21,922 nucleotides of DNA, from NCBI GenBank assembly GCA_042219045.1, contig JBDGQO010000101.1, positions 1,202-23,123 of the forward strand, written 5' to 3'. The stretch comes from Candidatus Bipolaricaulia bacterium. Lineage in GTDB: Bacteria > Bipolaricaulota > Bipolaricaulia > RBG-16-55-9. This document shows, one piece after another, positions 1-7,010 of this stretch. Below the pieces are notes generated by a model. It had not been told where the DNA came from. It searched no databases and was given only the letters and a program-made list of their open reading frames with translations. Within the stretch, counting starts at the first letter, position 1, and each line of letters begins with the position of its first letter. Both the position numbers and the translations under genes were made by a program.

Positions 1-149
1 AGCACCTGCCCGTCGTGGAGCGGTCGGACCTTCCGGGCGGAGTGCTTGATGACCTGGTCGTTGAGCGTCGCTTGGCCGTCGCAGGCGAGAATGGCCCGCC
101 CCTGGTCCGGGGCGTAGAGGGCAAGGATCGTCGTGGCCTCAATCGGCAT
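1..149 (-). CDS. hslV: ATP-dependent protease peptidase subunit HslV (5' part only, runs off the window)
   Basis: Not in the ORF track. Manual translation from ATG at 149 gives MPIEATTILALYAPDQGRAILACDGQATLNDQVIKHSARKVRPLHDGQV, matching the HslV N-terminus (TT..., DGQAT, K-x-x-x-x-KVR). Confidence 0.9.
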   Translation of the reverse strand, partial: MPIEATTILALYAPDQGRAILACDGQATLNDQVIKHSARKVRPLHDGQV

Positions 150-200
150 TGTTTGTGGATGGTAGCACAGCGCAATGCCCGGCTTCAAAAGCCGTTCCGA

Positions 201-1373
201 TTACTGGACCGTCGGTGGGGACTCGGTTGCGAGCATCTGTCGATAGATGCCCAGGAGTTGGTCCACGGTGTGCTCGAGGCTGTTCGCTTCGGCCCAAGCC
301 TGGGCGTTCTGGCTCAACCGGCTGCGCTGATCGTCGTCCTCCAAGAGACTCAGGATGGTCTCGGCGAAGGTGGAGGCGTTGTCGTCGGGATGGAGCAAAA
401 CCCCCGTCTCATTCGGCTTGATCGCCTCCAGCGCGCCCATGGCGCCGACGGCGACCACGGGCAGCGCGGCCGCCTGGGCCTCCATGAAGACGATCCCCTG
501 CGTTTCGGTCTGTGAGCCGTAAACGAAGAGATCGGCCTGCTTGTAGTCATCCACGAGCTGGGCCCAGTCGCGATAGCCCGTAAAGATCACGCGATCGCCC
601 AGCCGGAGCTCGGCCGCTTGAGCTTCCAGATCGGCGCGCGCGGGCCCGTCCCCGACGATCAAGAGCCGCAAGTCGTCCCGCTCGCGACGGGCGCGATCGA
701 AGGCCTCGATGACGAACGAGAGGTTTTTTTCGTGGGCCACGCGCCCGGCCGACAACAGAATCTTTTCCTCAGGGCCAATGTCAAACTCCCGTCGTAGGTC
801 GGAAGACGGTGGCACCTTGAACGTGGAAAGATCCATGCCGAAGGGGACGCGGTGGATGGGGACATGGATGCCGTAGCGCTGCAGTTCCTCGACCATGGGC
901 GTCGTGGAGACCGTGACGGCGTCGCAGCGATTGATGAACGCGGCGCTGACGTTGCCGACAAAGCGCTCACTCGGTCGGACGAGCTTGGGGAAATAGTGGC
1001 GATACTGGGCGTAGAGCGTGTGGTAGGTGTGCAGGTGCGGGATGCCCTGCGCCCGCGCCGCCCGGATGCCCAGTAGTCCCAAGGAAAATTCCGTGTGGCT
1101 GTGGACGACGTCGAGGTCCTGGAAGATCCTGCGCGTCTCGCGCCGAATGGGCACCGTCACGCGGCTCTGCTTGTCCAGGATGAACCTGAACGCGGGGAAC
1201 CGGACCACGTCGGGCTCATCAGGAGCCGGTTGCGTTCGGGCGTAGCGCGGCGCGAGCACCACGAAGCGATGCCCGCGACGCTCGAACTCGCGCTTCAGGA
1301 GTTTGAGGAGCGTCGTGATGCCGTTGATCTGCGGCGCGTACGCGTCGGAGAAACAGCCGATCGTCAGGCTCAT
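201..1373 (-). CDS. Glycosyltransferase family 4 (diacylglycerol glucosyltransferase-like)
   Basis: FSDAYAPQINGI start motif, HSHTEFSLG, HTYHTLY, GRVAHEKN, IVGDGP and ETQGIVFMEA (E-x7-E). Start at 1373 (MSLTIG) overlaps the dciA stop (ATGA). Confidence 0.9.
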   Translation of the reverse strand: MSLTIGCFSDAYAPQINGITTLLKLLKREFERRGHRFVVLAPRYARTQPAPDEPDVVRFPAFRFILDKQSRVTVPIRRETRRIFQDLDVVHSHTEFSLGLLGIRAARAQGIPHLHTYHTLYAQYRHYFPKLVRPSERFVGNVSAAFINRCDAVTVSTTPMVEELQRYGIHVPIHRVPFGMDLSTFKVPPSSDLRREFDIGPEEKILLSAGRVAHEKNLSFVIEAFDRARRERDDLRLLIVGDGPARADLEAQAAELRLGDRVIFTGYRDWAQLVDDYKQADLFVYGSQTETQGIVFMEAQAAALPVVAVGAMGALEAIKPNETGVLLHPDDNASTFAETILSLLEDDDQRSRLSQNAQAWAEANSLEHTVDQLLGIYRQMLATESPPTVQ

Positions 1374-1927
1374 TCCGGGCCATACCCCTGTTCCAGCTTG
1401 CAGAAGTAGCAGAGCTCGGTCGCGTCCTCGTGGTGGACCCCGCAGGTGGGGCACTCGCGCCCGCCGGCGACTTCCCGTCGACGGTCGATGCGGGCGTTGG
1501 TCAGGATCCACTGCTCGAAGACCTCGCGCAGCTGGGGATCGGTGATCTCATCCAGGGACGCGCGGAGGTCGCCCGTCTGGAGCAGATCCAACTGTTGGGA
1601 GTCGATCTCATCGTCGTCCGTCGGCGACGGTCGGAAGGAGCCGACGCGGAACCGAATGTCGCTCAGTTGGCGATCGCGCAGTCGGGCGTTGATGCGATCA
1701 AGGTAGTCGTCCTTGAGGAGGTTGAGCTGCTGGGCGACGACGGAGTTAGACACCTCGACGTAGAGCGTGTCGCCGCGCACCCGAAGCGGGCGCGTGAGGC
1801 GGTCCATCTGCTCGCCGGCGACGTGGAACCAGGCGAGCATCGGCGCCTGCTCGTCGAAGTCGGCGTCGAGCCCTTGCTTGCGGAAAAACGCTCTTAGGTC
1901 AGACAGCGAGATTTGCGACGCATCCAT
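1370..1927 (-). CDS. dciA: DUF721/DciA-family protein with C-terminal CxxC...CxxC zinc ribbon
   Basis: W..VAG....LTRP..VRGDTLYVEV.NS...QQL.LLK...L.RIN......DIRFRVG is the DUF721 pattern. CPTC and CYFC at the C-terminus. ATG 1927 is 7 nt after a TAAAAT. Confidence 0.82.
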   Translation of the reverse strand: MDASQISLSDLRAFFRKQGLDADFDEQAPMLAWFHVAGEQMDRLTRPLRVRGDTLYVEVSNSVVAQQLNLLKDDYLDRINARLRDRQLSDIRFRVGSFRPSPTDDDEIDSQQLDLLQTGDLRASLDEITDPQLREVFEQWILTNARIDRRREVAGGRECPTCGVHHEDATELCYFCKLEQGYGPE

Positions 1928-1934
1928 TGAGGGA

Positions 1935-1963
1935 ATTTTAAGCCTCGGGCGGCGGGGGAGCAA
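1935..1963 (-). promoter_or_regulatory. sigma70-type promoter of dciA (probably leaderless)
   Basis: TTGCTC-17 nt-TAAAAT-7 nt-ATG on the minus strand; no Shine-Dalgarno. Confidence 0.6.
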
Positions 1964-2017
1964 CGCCTCGGAGCCCAGTCATCCATCGTTCGGCCACGAC
2001 CCTACAGGGACGGCAGT

Positions 2018-2302
2018 CAATATTTATCCTCCCCTGTAGTCGTTGTAGGGGGACGGTTGTCTTGTGGAAAACTGCCGTTTGTCCGCAAGGGGCGGGACAC
2101 GTGCTTGTGGAAAACCTTGTGGAGAACTTGTGGAAAAGTCCCCACTGCCTGTGGAGAATGCCTGTGGAAAACTTCGGCGGCCAGTTTTCCACAAGAGTTT
2201 TCCACAGCCGCGGCCGAGTTATCCACAGGTTGTCCACAGGGTTTTCCACAGGGTTTTCCCCAAGTGAAAATCTGAATTGATTCTCAATTTTTTCGTAGAA
2301 AG
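2018..2302. other. Putative chromosomal replication origin (oriC)
   Basis: Intergenic and lower GC. TGTGGA(A/G)AA boxes at 2063, 2106, 2118, 2129, 2150, 2163. TT(T/A/G)TCCACA boxes at 2185, 2198, 2219 (perfect TTATCCACA), 2230, 2242, plus degenerate TTTTCCCCA at 2254. AT-rich flanks at 2019-2027 and 2264-2302. Confidence 0.88.
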
Positions 2303-2411
2303 AATCCGCGACGGGTCGCGATGGCCGGGTCGCAGTCGGTGGCCTTCAGCCTCGAGGCTCGGAGGGCTTCACGATGGGCAAACGGACCAGGGCCAGCGAT
2401 GTTTGGGGGAT

Positions 2412-3419
2412 TCAAAGATTCAAGCGCGGATTCGGCGTCAGGTCCGGGGTCTCGACGCATTCGGCGGGGCTCGACACGTGGTGGAGGTGCGCAGCGGCGG
2501 CGATCATGGCGCCGTTGTCGGTGCACAGCGCCAGGGGCGGGAAGTGAACGTCGATGCCTATCTTCTCGGCCTCGGCCTGGAATCCCTCGCGCAGGCGGCC
2601 GTTGGCAGCGACCCCGCCCACGACGGCGACGCGATTGACGCTATATTGCCGAGCGGCCCGCAGCGTCTTGCCCACCAGGACGTCGACGATGGCGTCCTGG
2701 AACGACGCGGCCACGTCGGCGCGTTTGGCATCGGGATGCTTGCGCAGGTAGTAGAGCACGGAGGTCTTCAAGCCGGCAAAGCTGAAGGCATGATCCTCGT
2801 TCTCCAGCATGGGGCGGGGGAAGTCAATCGCGCCCGGATCGCCGTCCTTGGCCAACGTCTCGATCTGCGGCCCGGCCGGATAGCCGAGCTCCAGGAGCTT
2901 GCCCACCTTGTCGAACGCTTCGCCCGCCGCGTCGTCGCGCGTCTGGCCGAGGACCTCGTAGTCGCCCCAATCGCGGACATGGACCAACGACGTGTGCCCG
3001 CCGGAGACGACCAGCGCCATCAGCGGCGGCGGCGCCTCGTCGCCGCACGCGACGTCGTGCGCCACGAGGTGGCCTTCGAGATGGTTGACGCCGGCGAGGG
3101 GAAGGTCGAGCCCGTAGGCCAACCCCCGTGCCTCGGACAGCCCCACCAACAGACAGCCGACGAGGCCGGGCCCTCGGGTGGCCCCGATGAGGTCGAGTTG
3201 GTCCAGCGTCAGGCCGGCGTCGTCCAGGGCCTCGTCGAGGACGTACGGCAGCTTCCGGACGTGATCGCGCGAGGCGACTTCGGGGACAACGCCGCCGTAC
3301 TCCGCGTGGAGCTTGGCTTGCGAATACACGACGTTGGCCAGCACCTCGCGGCGGTCCCTCAGGACCGCCACGGCCGTCTCGTCGCAGGAGGTCTCGATGC
3401 CGAGGGTGAGAAATGCCAT
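2412..3419 (-). CDS. tsaD: tRNA N6-adenosine threonylcarbamoyltransferase TsaD
   Basis: LGIETSCDET, GGVVPEVASRDH, VNHLEGH, LVVSGGHT, TRDDAAGEAFDK, GGVAAN and CTDNGAMIA motifs. Confidence 0.97.
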   Translation of the reverse strand: MAFLTLGIETSCDETAVAVLRDRREVLANVVYSQAKLHAEYGGVVPEVASRDHVRKLPYVLDEALDDAGLTLDQLDLIGATRGPGLVGCLLVGLSEARGLAYGLDLPLAGVNHLEGHLVAHDVACGDEAPPPLMALVVSGGHTSLVHVRDWGDYEVLGQTRDDAAGEAFDKVGKLLELGYPAGPQIETLAKDGDPGAIDFPRPMLENEDHAFSFAGLKTSVLYYLRKHPDAKRADVAASFQDAIVDVLVGKTLRAARQYSVNRVAVVGGVAANGRLREGFQAEAEKIGIDVHFPPLALCTDNGAMIAAAAHLHHVSSPAECVETPDLTPNPRLNL

Positions 3420-3468
3420 GACGGATCGGGGCGATTGTAGGGGCAATCCTCGTGATTGCCCAGGTGCT

Positions 3469-4077
3469 TCAGGATCCGATCGAGTCCGGGTTCAGCGCGG
3501 CAATGTAGGGGAGGTTGCGGTAGCGGTCGGCGTAGTCGAGCCCGTAGCCGACGACGAACGCGTCCTCCTCCATGCGGAACCCGACGTAGTGGGCGTTGAC
3601 ACCTCGCTCGCGCCGCGGCGTCTTGTCGATGAGCGAGCAGACCTTCACGGACGCCGGGTGGCGCGCCTCGAGGATCTCGACCAGATAGTCCAGCGTCCCG
3701 CCCGTGTCGACGATGTCTTCAACAACCAAGATGTGCCGCCCGCTAATGGGGTTATCCAGGTCCTTGAGGAGCTTCACCTCGCTCGGCTCGGTGCCGCGAC
3801 CGTAGCTGGAGATGTGGATGAAGTCGCACTCCATGGGAATCGCCGTCGCCCGCGCCAGGTCGGCCAGGAAGACGAACGCGCCGCGCAGCAGCCCGACGGC
3901 GATCGGCGGCTCGGTGTGGATGCGCTCCTCGCCGATGATCGCGCGATAGTCCTCGGCGATCTCCGCGGCCAGCGCCCGGACCCGCTCGGCGATCTGGGCC
4001 TCGGTGTAGACGATCCGATCCAGTTCCTCGCGGCCCGCGAGGCGCAGGTCGGTCTCCGTCGACTTCGATGCGCTCAC
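3469..4077 (-). CDS. hpt: Hypoxanthine phosphoribosyltransferase
   Basis: GLLRGAFVFLADL, ISSYG, PRPP motif ILVVEDIVDTGGTL, FVVGYGLDYADRYRNLPYI. GTG start overlaps the upstream stop (GTGA). Confidence 0.95.
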   Translation of the reverse strand: MSASKSTETDLRLAGREELDRIVYTEAQIAERVRALAAEIAEDYRAIIGEERIHTEPPIAVGLLRGAFVFLADLARATAIPMECDFIHISSYGRGTEPSEVKLLKDLDNPISGRHILVVEDIVDTGGTLDYLVEILEARHPASVKVCSLIDKTPRRERGVNAHYVGFRMEEDAFVVGYGLDYADRYRNLPYIAALNPDSIGS

Positions 4078-5141
4078 GTCAGATCCACCTCGCCGTCGTC
4101 ACCAATGACGAACCGATAGGCGTCGGGCGGCCGCGTCCGATGGCGCAAGTGGACGTTGCGGCCGATGAGGCTGTGGTCCACCCGACGAATGCCCTCGATC
4201 TCCGCCTCGGCCATGACGATGGAGTGTTCGATCTCGCTGTCGCTCACGTGGACGTTGTCGTCGATGGACGTGTACGGGCCGACGAAGGCGTCGCGAATGA
4301 CCGAGCCAGCGCCGATCGCGAGCGGCCCGCGCAGGACGCTGTTGTGTACCTTGACGTCGCGCGCGACCGCCACGCGGCCGGCGACTTCCACGTCCTCGCC
4401 GAGGTCCGATGCAATCCGAGGTTGGTGAATCCCGTCGAGCAGGAGGCGATTGGCGTCGACCATGTCCTCCGGCTTGCCGGCGTCCTTCCACCAGCCCTGC
4501 GCCTGATGCGGCCGGACGGTCTCGCCGTCGTCGATGAGCGTCTGGATGGCGTCGGTGATCTCCAGCTCGCCGCGCCACGACGGCTCGATCCGGTCGATGG
4601 CCTCAAAAATGGAGGGGTCGAACTGATAGACCCCCACGATCGCCAGGTTGCTCGGCGGCTCGCTCGGCTTCTCCACGAGCTCGGCGATGCGATCATCGTC
4701 CAAGCGGGCGACGCCGAAGCGGGTCGGATCGTCGACCTCGGTCAGCATGATGCCGGCCGCCGTCGGGTTGGCCTCGTAGTCGCGGACGAACCCCGTGAGG
4801 CCCTGCTCCAGGAGGTTGTCGCCCAGATAGACGAGGAACGGGTCGTCGCCGACGAACTCGCGCGCACAGCCAATCGCATGCGCCAGTCCCTTTGGATCGC
4901 TCTGGCGGATGTAGCTCAACCGGACGCCCCATGGCGAGCCGTCGCCGAGGGCCGACTTGAACTGCGCCTCGACGTTCGGGCTGACGACGATGCCGATGTC
5001 GGTGATCCCGGCCTCGCGCAGCGCATCCAGCGTATAGTGGATGACGGGGCGATTGGCGACGGGAATCAGGTGCTTGGCGGTCGTGTACGTCAACGGCCGG
5101 AGTCGCGTTCCCTCGCCTGCGCACAACACGACGGCTTTCAT
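4074..5141 (-). CDS. Glucose-1-phosphate thymidylyltransferase, long form (RmlA-long type)
   Basis: MKAVVLCAGEGTRLRPLT..TAKHLIPVANRP, GLAHA, YLGDN, VEKP, RGELEITDAIQ, GWWKD.G and a C-terminal hexapeptide-like beta-helix region. Confidence 0.9.
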   Translation of the reverse strand: MKAVVLCAGEGTRLRPLTYTTAKHLIPVANRPVIHYTLDALREAGITDIGIVVSPNVEAQFKSALGDGSPWGVRLSYIRQSDPKGLAHAIGCAREFVGDDPFLVYLGDNLLEQGLTGFVRDYEANPTAAGIMLTEVDDPTRFGVARLDDDRIAELVEKPSEPPSNLAIVGVYQFDPSIFEAIDRIEPSWRGELEITDAIQTLIDDGETVRPHQAQGWWKDAGKPEDMVDANRLLLDGIHQPRIASDLGEDVEVAGRVAVARDVKVHNSVLRGPLAIGAGSVIRDAFVGPYTSIDDNVHVSDSEIEHSIVMAEAEIEGIRRVDHSLIGRNVHLRHRTRPPDAYRFVIGDDGEVDLT

Positions 5142-5214
5142 GGACCGAACCTCCAACGTGGCTGGAATGGGGCCTCTCGACGCATATCAAGGTAGCAGGG
5201 CCGTCTCATCGTCA

Positions 5215-6750
5215 TCAAGGGGCCGCGGCCGAAACGCGTTGGCCGTTGACGTAAGTTGCCTCGACCTGCAGTTGGCCGAAGTCGGCTGCGTCCAGCGCCA
5301 TGGGATCGTCGCTCAGCACGACGAGATCCGCAAGCGCCCCGGACTGCAGCGTGCCGCATCGGGTGCCTGCCAAGCCGACGTGGGCGGCCCCTGACGTGTA
5401 CGCGCGGAGCGCCTCCTCCACGGTCAATCGTTGCCCGTCATGCGGGGCATTGACCGCCAGGGAGAGCCCATAGAGGGGGCCCATCGGCATCGTGTCCGAG
5501 CCGAACGCCAACGGCACGCCGGCGTCGAGGACGTCCCGATGGGGGTCGATGCGCGCGTCGCGCTCCGCGCCGAGCCGCTCGGCGTACATGCCGTTCGGGC
5601 CGCTCCACTGCAGGAAGTTCGGCTGCATGGAGGCAACGATGCCGCGCTCGGCCATGCGGCGGAGGTGATCGTCGGTCGGCAGCTCCAGGTGCTCGATGCG
5701 CGCGCGATCCTCGGGGCCGACGTCGGCGGCCTCCAACGCGAGCAGCGCGGCGTCAATGGCCCGGTCGCCGATGGCGTGCAGCATCACCTGGAATCCCGCG
5801 TCGTGGGCTTGCTGGACGAGCCCGTGCAGCGCCGACTGGTCGTAGTTCAATTCGCCCGTTGTCGCGGGATCGTCGGTGTAGGCGTCCGCCAGGGCCGCAT
5901 TGCGGGCACCGACGGAGCCGTCGGTGAAGTACTTGATCGCGCCCAGCCGGAGCCAATCGTCGCCGAACTCCGAGCCGAGCCCGACCCCTTCCAACTCGGT
6001 CAGGTGCTGCACCAAGGGATTCAGCCGAACGCGCAGGCCCAGCTCGCCGCGGCGATGCAGCTGCTGATAGCCGCGAACCCGGTCCGCATCGACGACGTCG
6101 TGGATGGCCGTGATGCCCAACGAATGGGCTTTGTCGACGCCGGCGCGGATGGCCGTGGCGATCTCGTCGTCCGTCAGCGGGATCGCATCGAGGAACGCCC
6201 ACGCGGCCTGCTCGCGCAGCAGGCCCTGGGTGGAGTCGACGACGCTCGACTCCTCGCCCGCCTCGATCGATGCCAACGCTCGGGAATTGACGGCGAGCAG
6301 GTGTCCGTCGACGCGACTGAGCGCAACGGGATGGTCGGGCGCCGCGTCGTCGAGGTCCTCGCGCGTGAGGTAGCGCCCGTCGTCCCAGCGGCTCTCGTCC
6401 CAACCGCGACCCCGGATCCATTGGCCCGCATCGCGCGAGCGAGCGGCTTGCCGAACTTGATCCGTGACGTCCTCAAGCGACTCGGTCTCGGCCAGGTCCA
6501 GATGGAGTCCCGACGCTTGAAGGCCGTCGGTGACCAGATGCGTGTGGGCGTCGATGAAGCCGGGCATGAGGGTTCGCCCGCCGAGGTCGACGGTCTCGGT
6601 GGCCGAGTTGGCCCACGTGCGGATGCGGCCCGAGGTGCCCAACGCCGCGATCCGTCCGTCGATGACGGCGAGCGCGTCGGCGCCCTCGGGCAGCGCGTCC
6701 GGCGACCAGAGACGTCCGTTGAGGAAAACCGTGTCCGCGTATCGTGCCAT
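5215..6750 (-). CDS. YtcJ-like metal-dependent amidohydrolase (Amidohydro_3)
   Basis: PGFIDAHTH, GRGWDE, RVDGH...VNS.AL, KYFTDGSVG, HAIGDRA, RIEH, FGSD.MP, G.LADLVVLS. ATG 6750 chosen because TACAAT lies 10 nt upstream. Confidence 0.92.
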   Translation of the reverse strand: MARYADTVFLNGRLWSPDALPEGADALAVIDGRIAALGTSGRIRTWANSATETVDLGGRTLMPGFIDAHTHLVTDGLQASGLHLDLAETESLEDVTDQVRQAARSRDAGQWIRGRGWDESRWDDGRYLTREDLDDAAPDHPVALSRVDGHLLAVNSRALASIEAGEESSVVDSTQGLLREQAAWAFLDAIPLTDDEIATAIRAGVDKAHSLGITAIHDVVDADRVRGYQQLHRRGELGLRVRLNPLVQHLTELEGVGLGSEFGDDWLRLGAIKYFTDGSVGARNAALADAYTDDPATTGELNYDQSALHGLVQQAHDAGFQVMLHAIGDRAIDAALLALEAADVGPEDRARIEHLELPTDDHLRRMAERGIVASMQPNFLQWSGPNGMYAERLGAERDARIDPHRDVLDAGVPLAFGSDTMPMGPLYGLSLAVNAPHDGQRLTVEEALRAYTSGAAHVGLAGTRCGTLQSGALADLVVLSDDPMALDAADFGQLQVEATYVNGQRVSAAAP

Positions 6751-6859
6751 GAGAGCCGTGATTGTAATGGGGGATACGGCCCACAACAAGCGGACGGCGG
6801 GGTCGACGGCGGACGGGCACGTTACCCGGAATGAACGCTGGCCGGACATCGACGCCGTG

Positions 6860-6888
6860 TTGCCAGGCACCGGGCGATGTGGCATCAT
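6860..6888 (+). promoter_or_regulatory. Candidate promoter of the 773-aa secreted protein gene
   Basis: TTGCCA(6860)-17 nt-CATCAT(6883) with an extended TG; implies a start site near 6895. Confidence 0.45.
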
Positions 6889-6906
6889 CTGTTGGATTCA
6901 CAACCG

Positions 6907-7001
6907 TTACTGATCACCGCGAAAGTCCGGTCAAGGCAATTGCTGTCGGTGGGGCCAACATGTCGACCATCGGTTGACTCGACTTGTGCGGTGGTCTGTA
7001 A
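6907..7001 (+). promoter_or_regulatory. Long stem-loop in the 5' leader abutting the Shine-Dalgarno
   Basis: Nested pairings found by eye: TTAC/GTAA, GATCACCGC/GCGGTGGTC, AAGTC/GACTT, GTCAA/TTGAC, TCGGTGG/CCATCGG. AGGAGGAG follows immediately. Confidence 0.65.
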
Positions 7002-7010
7002 GGAGGAGCG

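Noticed and set aside
2063..2262. Possible CRISPR or iteron array
   Set aside because: Units are 9-bp DnaA boxes in two orientations, mostly a few bp apart; no cas or rep genes.
1938..2280. Several short ORFs with repeated VENLWK/FSTG peptides
   Set aside because: These are translations of the DnaA-box array; no RBS or protein-like composition.
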